A stretch of DNA of 62,908 bases, the filler included, from Nemertoderma westbladi (taxonomy: Eukaryota; Animalia; Xenacoelomorpha): assembly GCA_032718475.1 (NCBI GenBank). It is 4 parts of 4 records of this genome, joined end to end, with 100 filler letters (N's around TTAATTAATTAA, not from the genome) between each part and the next. Parts side by side here need not be neighbours in the genome. Positions count along the whole stretch, not along the records: positions 1 to 22,102 come from JAUCBJ010005160.1; positions 22,203 to 49,481 come from JAUCBJ010006484.1; 2 more parts are not named here. One strand, given 5' to 3'. Shown here one piece after another: positions 12,260 to 24,468 of this stretch (position 1 is the first letter of the stretch; every line of letters starts with the position of its first letter). Both the position numbers and the translations under genes were made by a program. A model generated the notes under the pieces. The model was not told the DNA's origin. It ran no database searches and was given only the letters and a program-made list of their open reading frames with translations.

Positions 12260-13722
12260 GGCGATGCCGGATCGGGCGCAGGCCAAACGCGCTTAACAAT
12301 TATACCCTTTGGCCATTAATCCAACTGTAGGAGTGTAGAGAAGGAAGACTCGTCAGGTGGGCTTACAATAAAGGAGTTATACGAATTGTTGATTTTATTA
12401 GGATTCTCAACAACATCCACTTCTACGTTAAGTTTATCAGATAATAAGTTTTTAACCAAGTCAGCAGATACATGCGGCTTAAATCGCCATACAAATATTT
12501 GATCCCTTCCTTTCTGGAACCTCTTTAGCCGAGAGGGTGAGCCCAGCGAGAGATCAGCAAAATCCCCAGACGAGAAATCTCCTGTCCCAAATCGCGGAGC
12601 CGCACGTTTCTTTTTATTACGGACGAGACGAAATCCATCCTCATCAATATTAGAATCGGCTGCGGCATTACCGCCAGTAGAACCTGAATGTAAAGGTAGA
12701 TCATGGTTGAGTACAGTGGACCGAGAGCGGAGCGAGACGTTGGCGCCAACTTCACTAGAGCGATAGCCTTGCGGAGGCCGGCCGGTTCTGGAACGGGGGT
12801 AATTGCCGGGAGCCGGTCCCGGAGTATCCCTATATGCCCGGAGCGGGGCATTATCCAGACCGTCCGCCGTATCCCCATCAACGAGGATCACTGGCGGAGG
12901 AGGAGGGGCGACTTGGTGTTTCTACACGGTAGCTGACCCAGGAGTTCCCCCAGCCACAACGTTGACTGAATTGTTACTTAAAACATAGTGCTTTAGCTTC
13001 AAGTAATCCTCCCGACTACAGACAGAAGAGATCAATAGGGAGTCGTGGATCAAAACCTTCTCTTTTAGCGAAATAACCAGTTCCCGTAGGTCACGTACTT
13101 CTTCGTCCCTAACTGCTGCCTTAGCCGACAAATTATCGGAAGGGGGTAGACGAGAAGTGTTTAGCGCAGCAAATATAGGTCTCGTGGGGATATCGATAAA
13201 AGCGCTCTCATTGAACAGATTAAATATATCGTTAATGTGGGCCTTTTTCTTTTTATTACCCATCCGACCCACCCACGCAGGCAGAGGACGATCGGCGGAT
13301 GCGCATTTACCCGCTTCATCAAAGAGGAGTCTTTTGGCAGCCACTACCTCAGAGAGAGAGTAAAAATTTGAAACAACCGAAACGAGTGATGTTTTGTCCA
13401 TTGAGGAAATTTGAAACTGCACAAAACATAGCAGCTCGCAAATAACTTTGGGATTTTCCGTATTGTCGGTCGATAGACCAACTGACTCCAGCCTGGAAGT
13501 GGCAGGTTCAAGTTGAGACTCATCCTCGTCTGAGGAATCGTCTTCCAGAACGCTGTTGGCGTTAGGTGGGTCACGGTTGCCCACACGCATAGCTTCAGCT
13601 GTAGGAGTTAGCCGTTCTCCGCGCTTCAGTTTACAACTTTGACAGAGCAATCTGCCCTCAAAAGTATCGAGATTAGAATGAGAGTTTTTAGGAATTGGCC
13701 TAGTAGTTACTATCCTACCTCC
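12260..13722 (-). pseudogene. LINE ORF1 remnant (frameshifted, premature stop)
   Basis: ELLCFVQ...FYSLSEVVAAKRLLF...IFAALNTSRLPP; DEDGFRLVRNKKKR; IFVWRF...SF.V...WPKGIIVKR are typical invertebrate LINE ORF1 motifs; its N-terminus MDTGRHCSDCQK lies at 15060-15124. Confidence 0.8.
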
Positions 13723-15059
13723 GGGTAACAGACGTTTCGGTCTAAGACATTTTGGCCTAGGACGTTTCGGCCCAATGAATGAAATACAAGATTTGCTTGT
13801 CGGACGTTTTGGCCCAAAGATTCACTTTACTCCCTTAAATAAGCGATTAATAATAAGTTATTCAATATATTTGTTTTGTAGTTGTTAGGTTCGTTACAAG
13901 AGGAGTTGTCAGTAGGAACTGCTCGAACACTTGTTTGAAAGTCGTCAAGATCGAAGTTCTACATTATATTTATAAATAATAACTAATGTAATATTATTAT
14001 TATTATTTATTAATATAAATATACACCATACTGTAACTTAGAACAAAGATAAAATATGTTGACAAATTAACTTTAGTATTATGATGATGGGGTTTCCCCC
14101 ATAAAAAACATACGTATTTTAAAATGTGAGTCAATAAATTAAGTACATTAAAATAAACCGAATTAAAATTATTACTGTATTTTAATGTTGGTCTTAAAAA
14201 TATAATAGATAAGAAATATTTCATTATAGGAGCATTGCTAATAATTAAGAGACAGACAGGATGTCATATGGAATGAGATAAAATATATGCGTATTAAATT
14301 TAAATTTAGAGGAAATATATGCGTATTAAATTTAAATTTAGATGAAATGTATGCGTATTAAATTTAAATTTAGATGAAATGTATGCGCATTAAAAGGACC
14401 AGAGTGGATGTGAAGTGAAATAAAATATGTATTAAAAGCATATGTATTAATAAAAGCATTATACGTCGTTATCTATCTATCAGTATAAATCAAAATCATC
14501 TATCATCGAAGATGAAGTTATTGTTTCAACAGATCATTAAGACATAGCTGCAACACACTGTCCAGCTACAAGAATTATCAATTGAGTAGGCCTAATGTTT
14601 AAAGTTAATGAAGTATCTCCAAAATATATCGATCAGACGAGATTTAAGCTCTACATGGTTCGTGAAATTGATTCACTTTGGTAGTACTGTATATTAGCAA
14701 TGTGGTACTCGAGACCAATAGATTTGTTCTGACTTGCATTTTTTCGGCCGCATAACATAACTGATGGCGAATTGTCTATGGAACCAGTAACCAGAACACC
14801 ACTTCCCTAATGTTTATTTTATTTTGAAATAAAGATAAATTAAATAGCCATTTCATGAAAGATATTTTATTAAGTGTTTGTATGTTATTGTGAAATAATT
14901 ATAATTTTAATGAATAATTATTATCATATCAAAAAAAGTTAGCCTTTTCATTAAGTTACAGTCATGGGCCGAAATGTCCGGGCCGAATCGTCCGGGCCGA
15001 AATGTCCAGGCCGAAACGTCCTGGACCGAAACGTCCTAGGCCGAAACGTCTGTATACCC
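13723..15059. mobile_element. Non-autonomous MULE-like DNA transposon with 15-bp subterminal repeats
   Basis: Termini GGGTAACAGACGTTTCGG / CCGAAACGTCTGTATACCC; TSD (C)CTACCTCC on both sides; removal restores ORF1 (LDPGGR/IVTTRP). Confidence 0.85.
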
Positions 15060-15232
15060 CTACCTCCAGGATCTAATGCACATTCTGCCTTCTGGCAGTC
15101 AGAACAATGCCTACCGGTATCCATATAACTGAGTATAGCAGTATAGTACGTACAGCCACAACAACAGGGTTTACAGTATAATATTGTTAACGTAATGTTA
15201 TCGTTTATTGTTTTTCTATCGGTAGAACTCAC

Positions 15233-15398
15233 TTGGGGTTGAACAGGGGGTATTGGTGGTGGAGGTAGAGGTATCCTGGGGTTTATATTCCGTCTCATAT
15301 ATTCGTAATAAGCTAATTCTTCCTCGTACCTGGCCAACCTGCGCACGTAGGCCCCTTCAACGGCAGGCACACCTCCTTGCAGATTAGCCTCATAACGT
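15233..15398 (-). CDS. ZFR: DZF-domain gene, upstream exon (RYEE/Pro-rich segment preceding DZF)
   Basis: TTTCTTACAG acceptor, GTGAGT donor; RYEANLQGG...RRLARYEEELAYYEYMRRNINPRIPLPPPPIPPVQPQ; ends in phase 0 as required by the 3294-3451 exon; ZFR has a similar RYEE/Pro-rich linker before DZF. Confidence 0.7.
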
Positions 15399-16122
15399 CT
15401 GTAAGAAATGTAACAAATAATATAGGAAACAAAACCAACAACAAACCACCTACAACCTGGTACCTTGACCAAAGATCCATGCGTTCTTAAAAAGTTTAGT
15501 CCAAGACGCCGGAATTTACTTACAAATTTTGAGGTCAAATAACAAAGTAAATTCACAGGTGAAAATTAAGTAAATATTAATAAATATTTAAATAATTTTT
15601 ATTTTATGAGATGTAACACACTAAATTGTGTTTAGCTTGTTGATTATAGAAACAAAAGGGGTGATGTATTTAAATGGATTTCAGTAATGTGACTGTGTAA
15701 TGAATGAAACGGGTTTTGGGCAACACTAAACTATCACTTTATTTTACATTTCTTAAATTAGTAGAAAAAGTTACATTAAAATTATTCTACAATTGATTAT
15801 TAAGGGTTAAATGACATGCAAATTCGTCATAAAAATTATTACATCTCAGTTCTGGTGCATATAATCATCCGATGTTCAACAAATTTACTTCACTATTTGT
15901 ACTTCGTGATCCCGTTCAAAACAAGTTGGGATCGGGGACACTAACTTTATTGTTAAATAGGTAACAACAACTGCGTCCACTAATTAATACTGGACTCGGT
16001 AATGTAGCAACATCTATACCTATAACAGTCAAATTCTCTCTGTTATGCTCGAACTCCTCCAGAACGGATGGAGGGATTGCGCTGGGACTTAAACATGTGT
16101 GTATAACTTCAACGAGCGCTCA

Positions 16123-16257
16123 TTATAGGACACTTTTCGAAAAGTTTAATTCACGTTCGGTACCGGTACCGGTTATTGCCGGTTATGGCGGAACCTGTAC
16201 CAGCCCGGAGGGAAATACCGGGTAACCCGCCACGGGTAGTGCCAGAGTGTCCTATAA
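16123..16257. mobile_element. Possible tiny MITE
   Basis: 12-bp inverted termini TTATAGGACACT / AGTGTCCTATAA around a GC-rich core with ACCGG motifs. Confidence 0.4.
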
Positions 16258-16714
16258 ATTCAAAGTTACTGAGTTAGCAACCAATATCAATCCTCAGTTG
16301 TAACGTAACCAAGGAATTCTAAATTATCGTGCTTTTAATACTTTTTACATAATTATATATTTGTCTATATTTTAACCTTTTACTGCCCAGTTGTTGTTTA
16401 AGTGCTGCTTCGCTGGCTTGTTAATTAAAATATATATGTGAGGTTTGATCAAGAAATCGACCTACCGTTGCAAAATATAATTTCACATAATTAGAGGTTG
16501 AAGTCAAAATAGTTCATTTTTGGTATTAAAATATCGAATTTTATTTTTTTACTTTTTCTAGATCAGAATTTTTTGCTAATTCTGAAACTGTAAACGAAAT
16601 ATTTTCATATCTATTTTAGTTTTGGAGTTATTTGATTTTTTGTAGACCTCACTTATTTTGAAATTATTATAAATAAGTGGCCAATTATTTGTAAGATTCA
16701 GTAACAGTATTACT

Positions 16715-19700
16715 ACTACTACTAGGTCGAGCGAACTCGGACAGTGGAAATGAGATCCTTCCAGGCTTCCCGATTCTCCAACTACTACTACTAGGTCGAG
16801 CGAACTCGGACAGTGGAAATGAGATCCTTCCAGGCTTCCCGATTCTCCATAGTTGTCGCAATTTCGTTTCTCCCAAGTTCAGTATCCCTTTCAAGTTGAT
16901 CTATATATGTTATGGCAGGTCGTCCACGACTACGCTTTCCATGAGTTGGTTGCCAGAGAAGTAGATCTGGTATGACCTCGTCTTTACTTCGCCAGCAGTG
17001 CCCACTGAATCTTAATCTGCGTTCACGGAGGGTGGTTGATACAGGTGGTATTGTACCATAAAGCTCGGCGTTTGTCATGTGTTGTCTCCAGCTGGTGTTT
17101 AGGGCTGCCCTTAGTAGTCTTGTGTAGCAACCATCAATTCGTTGTTCAAGTGATTTAGTCAGTGTCCAGGTCTCACCCCCATAAAAATACACTTTCCACT
17201 GTGGCTCGAAAGAACTTAGTCTTCAGGTGCCTGGAGAGATCTGATTTCCAGATGGTATCCATTTTTGATAGAGCTACCCAAGCCTTTGCTTTCCTAACTT
17301 CTATGTCCTTTTTGCTACTCTCTATCCATGATCCAAGGTACTGGAAGTCATTGACCTTCCTTAGTTGATTATTATCAATGGTTGTCAAGTTTCCATCAAC
17401 ATTAAAGGTCATGAATTCGAGTCGAATGCCTTCTTGAAGTCCACAAAAGGTATCACTGCGGGGAGATTCTTTGACTTAATTCCTTCAATCAGTCTCCATA
17501 GTGCAAGTATCTGAGCTATTGTTGATCTACTTGGTCGAAATCCGTTTTGGCTCTTACGCAGTAGTTTCTCTATGTGAGCCCTAATCCTATATAGAATCAT
17601 TTTATTGTATATTTTGGCAGCTACCACAAGCAGACAGATCCCACGTTAGTTTGTTGGTATGCCGAGGTCTCCTTTATTATGGTCAGGTCAGGTATTCTAG
17701 GTCATTGATCAAGAAAACTTGCCACCTCCATGCAGCATAAAGGAGGTGCCACCTGTAGCTGCATAGACCCTCTTACTAGGGGAAATCTGGTCCTGTAACT
17801 AGGACCCCCTTCGTTCTGGGATAAGGACGCCCTTGGTCCTGGATTAAGGACCCATATTCTTGGCTGCAGGGGTATATGGCCTGACCAGGCAGATGGTGAT
17901 CTACCAATGGCTGGTCAGGAGTAGAGTGTTCTCATGTCCACTCTGAGAGCACTTCACTGCGACCTGCACCTGGCAGCAAGGGTACAGGGCATGACCCAGC
18001 AGATGAGCTGCAACAGCCAATGGTGGGTCATGTGCGCCAGAGTAGATATGGGTGATGGGCCTCATATCTGACTCCATTGCGACACCCACCCTGTGGAATG
18101 GCAAACCAGGGTGTGGTATTTGCCCCGAGAGCTGACTCGGCAAAAAAGCACCCCCCAACCCCCACTATGGATTACATTAGCAATGCGGAGGTCCGGCCAC
18201 TAGAGGCCAGTGGAATTACCGGACACAATCGGCCTCACAGGCGTCAGTTAACTCCTGACCGGCTGCCTGTCTCACCCCCTACTGGAGGCAGAGCAGCCAA
18301 GAATTCTTTGAGTCCCTTTCCTGATGACCTTTCTGGCCCAAACCCTGGGTCACCAGGAAGGCCAGATTGTGATGGGGAGAGGGATTCTGGAGTTTGAGGT
18401 TACTCTCATGTTCCACCCCGACCAAAAAAGCCATTGGTGAATCTGAGGCAAGTCACAAGACTAGCCTCAGTAAACACCCTAACACTCGGGTCCCCAATGC
18501 GACAAGGTGAGCTGACTGCCTTGGCAGATAAGCTTTCTCTTAGCGCAGTGGGTGTTCAAGAGCACCGAATGCAGACTGGACAGACTGATGAGGTTCTGAT
18601 TAAGGACATGGGGGGCGGTTGGCGACTCGCCCTCGCGTCAGCAGATGATAGTGGCAATGGTGGAATTGGTCTATTGATGAATCCAACTGCACATGCAGCA
18701 TTGGACAAAATAGACCAAATCTCTAACCGCATCATCCGTTGCCACTTCTCATGTTCTGGAAGACTGGCTAAGAAGTTTCCTAAGGTGGTTCTGATTGTGT
18801 GCTACTCTCCAACTAGTGTTGCCCCTGTAGAGGAGGTCGAAAATTTCTACCACAATCTACAAGCAGCTACTGATGGAGTGGATCAGCATGCATTCTTAAC
18901 ATTCCTGGGAGACTTTAATGCAAGTCTGCATCAATCACCTACATCGCCCTGGGTCTATAGCAATAGTGTTAACCGAAATTCTGTCCATCTTCAGGATTTT
19001 ATCTCTGGAAATGGATTGTTTTCCGCTGGAACCTAGTTCAAGAAGCGAACTGGAAAGCTATGGACTCATAGTGGACCCAGTGGTCACAAGTCCCAGATAG
19101 ACCATATTCTGTTTCGTAGGAAATACAGGAGCTCTATACAAGACTGTAATGCATTTACACTTCGACCCTTCTCCAGTGATCACCGCCTTATTGTGGCCAA
19201 GGTAAGACTTAGTCTGCGTGCTAGCAGAACAACGAAATCTGCCTTGCCGCGGCATGACCCCCTGTTGCAACAGCCAAGTGTGAGATCCAGCTTCACACTA
19301 CAGCTGAGCAACAGGTATGAGGCTCTTGCCTCTGAGGCGGCAGATCACTGTGAGGGCTATACTGCCTTTACAGAAGCAGTTAAGTTAGCAGCTGCAGAAA
19401 CAGTTCCTGTATACCCTCGAAACAGGAAAAGGGTCCCCTGGACTGACAACAAAATTCAGAAGTGCCGAAATGACCTTCATAAGGCGCAGAAAGAGTCCCG
19501 ACTCAAACAGACTACAGCGGCCAAGAATGCAGTTAAGGCTGCATCTAGGTCCCTGAACAGGCAGTACTCTGCTAATCTACAGGAGCTAATAAACCAACAG
19601 GTTGATGCCATCAATGATGCTGACGACAGCAGGCAATCATCCCAGGCATGGAAATCGATCAATCTGCTTACTGGGCGGAAAAGCCAACCAACCACCAAGG

Positions 19701-20788
19701 TTAAGGCTGAATCACTTTCGGGATGTCCTTAATAAGTCCAGCCAGTTCTTCAGAAAACTTGACTGCTTGTTCTGGCTCTGATGCATTGGTTGGACTGTAG
19801 TAACATATAACTGTTGTCTTGGGATTCCCATCAAATGTTGCGATCATAACCCTGGAATTTATAGATTCGATGTTGTTTAGGGTCTTAAGTGCAAATGGGC
19901 TTAGCAGAATTGCTACTCCACCAATTGATGCATTGGCCGAGTGTCTTACTGCTGGGCTTGTTACTAACGTCCATCCATCATTTCCAATGTCATTGTACTT
20001 CATGGCAGTGTCTTCATGACAATGTTCTTGGATGCAGATGATGTCGATGTTATATTCCATTGCCAGAGCGACCATGTCACCCTGTTTGCTCTGTGCTTTC
20101 AGCGTGCGTGCGTTCATTGTAGCAATCTTTAGTGTCTTTTTACATTTCAACAGGTTGGTTCTTCTTTCTTCTCTGTCTTATGTTCCAGTAGCCAATTTAT
20201 CGACCCCAGCCTGGTGTACCACTGAGGGACGCGGTCCTTGTTGACCCGGGCGACGACCGAGCCGGTATTTCTCCTGGAGGGTTCTCATACTCATATCTTT
20301 CAGTTGCGGGAGTAAACCGCTTGTGGTCGCAACTCCTACAAGCGTCTTCGCAGTAGGTCGCCGTTGGTTGATTACCTTCCGCCGACCTTGTCAGCATGTC
20401 TAGCCGTTGGTTGATTACCTTCCGCCTATCCATGGCCTACAGCCCTGCTGCCGACTGTAGGGGTCCATTTGTTACACCCTGAAACAAGTGTGCCTCCCGG
20501 GTTAGGTTACCTAACACTGGTAGAGGAGCATCCAGTATAGACAGGGCGGGGCTTGTATCATCTCTAATGCAGATGCGTATAAGCCTTTGCCTTCAATGGT
20601 GCCCTAGGCGCTATAGCCCTCAATGACTTATTTAGTTGACGGGGCTGAACCAACCCACTCTTGATCAACTAAATAATGAATATGCTATGCTTATCGGGCC
20701 TGCCCTACTGGGCCGACAGCTACAGGTAGTACCACATTACTGCCATAGTGGTAGCAGGATCTGGGGACCTGACCTGACCTGGTAGATT
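16715..20788 (-). mobile_element. RTE-clade LINE, both ends present, centre replaced by a second element
   Basis: 5' part: KTLKIATMNARTL...IICIQEH...YSPTN (19701-20150); 3' part: QNGFRPSRST...FVDFKKAFDS, FQYLGSWI, LRFSGHCWR...GKRSRGRP; (TAG)n tail; flanking direct repeat AGATTCAGTAACAGTATTACT at 16694-16714 and 20789-20809. Confidence 0.88.
17681..19715 (+). mobile_element. 5' portion (UTR, APE endonuclease, linker) of a second, divergent RTE-like LINE in opposite orientation
   Basis: RLASVNTLTL...VGVQEHR...CYSPTS...FLGDFNA; in-frame stop at 19034; then SQIDHIL...SDHRLIVAKVRLSLR...LSNRYEAL. Confidence 0.85.
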
Positions 20789-20924
20789 AGATTCAGTAAC
20801 AGTATTACTTTTTCAAAATACTATAATTGAATTTGTCCCACAGGATAAATTTTGCTATGAGTTTTCCTGTTCAGTGATTTAATTTCAATTGTTACTTTCC
20901 ACGGCTGACGGATCATAGACTGTC

Positions 20925-21790
20925 GATCAGTCTGTTTGTCTGTCTGTCTGTGTGTCCGTTTGTCTGTCAAAAATTAGGGAAACATGATATCTAACAAAAT
21001 ATTTTGCTTTGGGGGTTTTCTCGGAAGGCGATTCCATTTCCAATGTCGATTTATGGGTTTGACGCCATCCTGCTTGTCTGAATTCGTGTTAGTCAGTCTG
21101 TCTGTCTGTCTGTGTGTCGGTTTGTCTGTCAAAAATTATGGAAACATGAAATCTAACAAAATGTTTTGCTTTTGGGTGAAATGAAATCACCGACCAAGAA
21201 AACCCCATAATTGTTTGTTAATTTGAGATATTTCTCAATTTTGACAGACAAGCAGACAGAAAGACCGACAGACAGACAGACGTACAAACATTAAATAATC
21301 AATCAAAAGTAAAAATCGATATCGGAAATGAAGTCACCGACCAAGAAAACCCCATAAATAAATTTATTTGTTAATTTGATTTAGTTCTCAATTTTTACAA
21401 ACAAACAGACAGACAGACAGAACGTCTAGATTTCTTCAAACTGAAAAAGTAAATTTTAACTGTAATTACCACCCAGTGACATTTTAAATGTTATCACCAC
21501 CCAGAAAAACCCCATAACACAATGGGGTTATACACATTTTGAATAGTTTGGGCGCTTCTTAAATTTTAACAGACAGACAGACATACCAAAAACAGACAGA
21601 CTGACTGACATGCAAACAATCGTCTATAATCGGTAAATAGTGAAAACCGACATCGTACAGTATTTGAAATCATCGGCAAATAAAAACCCAATAGCAAAAA
21701 AATGTAGGTGTTGGTGCTTTATTTATTTATTTGTTACATTTTTGACAGACAAACAGACAAGTATTCAGACAAACAGACAGAGTGACCTCC
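20925..21790. repeat. (GACA)n-rich interspersed repeat with internal direct and inverted duplications
   Basis: ~80-bp block at ~20930 repeated at ~21095; inverted TTTTGACAGACA blocks at ~21240 and ~21740; TCACCGACCAAGAAAACCCCATAA occurs twice. Confidence 0.55.
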
Positions 21791-22102
21791 AATAGAAATA
21801 ACAATTAAAAAATTGTCGCCTAAGGTCCATTCACTGATGTGTATCAGAATTCTGACGTATATACCTAATTTTTTAGAAGTCTGCTTTGAAATATCGTAAA
21901 AGTTTACATTTGAAAATCCCCCCAATTACAGAAAATTGGCGGGAACGTTTGAAACTCTCACAACTTGAAAGGCGTTTTTCTCAAAACTTTGTTAAAATTT
22001 GGTCATAAGACTACTAATTTTCAAAACTCAATATCTCAACACTTTATCGGATTTGAAATCTGTTTTCAGTGTTCGATTCAGCATAAAAATGTGTATTTGA
22101 AT

Positions 22103-22202
22103 NNNNNNNNNNNNNNNNNNNNNNNNNNNNNNNNNNNNNNNNNNNNTTAATTAATTAANNNNNNNNNNNNNNNNNNNNNNNNNNNNNNNNNNNNNNNNNN
22201 NN
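22103..22202. other. Artificial contig-joining spacer
   Basis: 44 N + TTAATTAATTAA (stops in all six frames) + 44 N. Confidence 0.97.
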
Positions 22203-22422
22203 CACGTGCTGCGCGAAGGGCACATCATCCTCTGCAGCCGTAAAATTTACATAACATTAAATACACGACCTGGGGTGTCTGTCTGTAGATTTTCCTGCAA
22301 ATTGGACGAAAATTGAGGAAATGGTGCAGGTGCACTGACATTTGAAAACATGCAAAAATTCACTTTTCGAGATAAAAGCCATAAACTCATGATTTTCTAT
22401 CGTGCTGCTTGAAGTGGAAAAT

Positions 22423-23587
22423 GGGTCCTACTAAATACTACAAAAAGCACAAAAAAAGCACAAAAAAGCACAAAAAAGGTAAAAAAAAGCACAAAAAAGT
22501 AAAAAAAAAAGCACAAAAAAGCAAACTGATCGTTTATTGAGCTTGTAATAGAACAGATGATAGAAGCAATATCATGTAGTGCAGTAGTGTCTAGGCTACC
22601 GGAACGATAATCACATGTCCAGTATGCTTTCATGTCATATAGCTGCCAGTGAGTGAGCACCAGCACGAGCACTTACATAGGTACAGCCCTACAGCCCTAC
22701 CACGAGCACCCAAGTGCAATATCAGGCTAATGTCAGAATGTAAAGATGGTTCAATTCAAATATCAGGATAGAACTTATAATACTGTAATAGACTTTGTTA
22801 TTGTCACATTATGTCAACTTATCAGCGTTCTGGTTAATTACTTTAATTTATTCACCGATAAATCGACATACTGTACAATTATCACATCACGGTCTGCCCG
22901 AACCTCTCGAGTGGGTGATCGATAACGTATGATGATATTAGTCATACCGGTAGTCATACTTGCAAGAATCTCGCTTAGGTCGGAACTGCCTTGGTTACGA
23001 TATCTGCGTCTGTTGGAAACACAGTTCCTGCCTGGGTTTAACCACTGCTGTTGTAACACTACTGTATACTTTGAAATTTCTATAACTGCCAGATTGTTTG
23101 CAATGTTGTTTAGGAGTTCATGCGTACTTATCTTATGTCAATATTCTATTTTATTTTACCTTAATTAACGACCCCCATGAGTGCCTTAGATCCTGGGTGT
23201 TCTTTCCCACGATCGTAATTTACTGTAGTTTTATTAAGCTATTAATCTATACTATATGTGTTTTATTATGTTTATTTTCTTATTATATTTATTATGGTTA
23301 TTTACATACTGTAGGTCAGAACATTACAAATTAATCAATCATAGGCGTATGGGTTACCTTCGTATGTGGGGGGTGTCTGTAACAATATCTCTTATATTTT
23401 CGCCCCCCCCCCCCCCCCCATGTCTCTTGATGTGAGAATGTTTTTTTGTGCTTTTTTTTTACTTTTTTGTGCTTTTTTTTACCTTTTTTGTGCTTTTTTT
23501 GTGCTTTTTTGTGCTTTTCTTGACTTTATTGTGCTTTTTTGTGCTTGTTCAGTTGTTTTGTGCTTTTTGTAGTATTTAGTAGGACCC
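22423..23587. mobile_element. Non-autonomous MULE-like DNA transposon with AAAAAAGCAC subterminal repeats
   Basis: TIR GGGTCCTACTAAATACTACAAAAAGCAC / GTGCTTTTTGTAGTATTTAGTAGGACCC; 9-bp TSD GTGGAAAAT (22414-22422, 23588-23596). Confidence 0.9.
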
Positions 23588-24350
23588 GTGGAAAATCGCC
23601 TAATTAAAAAAAAATTTCTGTGAAGAAGTTACACATAGGTCAGAGAGTGTCTGTATGAAATTTGAGACAAATCGGTCCAAAGATGACCACTGGACTGGCG
23701 CCTGGGGAAAGGTGTATGTCACTGTGCCTCAAATGTGATAGAACCATTACAGCATTACACCAAATCACATCAAATCACACTAAATCCAGAAATCACAAAA
23801 AATCACACAAAGTCAAAAAGATCAAAACCTCAAAAAATAATTTTTATTTTTTTTTCAAATCGTTTATTGTTTTGGTTCCTTTTGGCTACCACTGTAACCC
23901 GCCTGCCTGCTCCTTTCTGCCTTTACTTTTCAAATTTTTTTTGTGATCTGGTGTCATTTGTTGTGATTTGGTCTATAATTTGCAGAATTTAGGTACCTAG
24001 GTAGAGTAGACTGTAGGTAGGTAAGATTATTACAATCATCTCAGCATCTTGTCTGCTTGTTCATTACTGGTACCGTACTTTCTAAGTGGTTTGCCACGGG
24101 AACTAGTAAACTATTAAAAAAAAAATTTAATGCAGGCCCCCGAACAGGAATGTCCCGGATCTTTAGTGTATGTTGATAATTTAACATGATTTGATAATGG
24201 GGGTGTCTGGGTGTAAAGTGGGGAACGCCTCAAAATTAGTAAACTTGCAATTGTTAAACCCAGTTGCCAGTTAATTTCGTTCAAATTACCACTCTTTACT
24301 CGCCAGGCACTGCGGCCCCAGGTTGGAATTTATGTAGAGTTTGCTCAACA

Positions 24351-24468
24351 TGTGTGGCGCGCATTTAGGATCCTGGCGCGAAGGAACAGGGGTGTGTGGC
24401 GCGCATTTAGGATCCTGGCGCGAAGGAACAGGGGTGTGTGGCGCGCATTTAGGATCCTGGCGCGGAAA
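24351..24468. repeat. 42-bp tandem repeat (~2.8 copies), probably subterminal repeats of a DNA element upstream of CLASP
   Basis: Unit TGTGTGGCGCGCATTTAGGATCCTGGCGCGAAGGAACAGGGG; TGGCGCGC motifs recur at 25395-25457. Confidence 0.8.

Larger units (their letters stand above)
3654..15170 (-). mobile_element. Two-ORF LINE (CR1/L2-like group), internally deleted (no RT domain seen) and split by three insertions
   Basis: ORF1 and APE-endonuclease ORF2 pieces are collinear on the minus strand once inserts are removed; (TAAA)n tail at ~3654-3674; 5' boundary approximate. Confidence 0.8.

Noticed and set aside
14951-15556. 201-aa ORF as a single gene
   Set aside because: Chance read-through of intron, a ZFR exon, the LINE ORF1 start and a transposon end.
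22147-22158. TTAATTAATTAA island within N runs as a biological motif
   Set aside because: Identical and centred in all three gaps; assembly linker.
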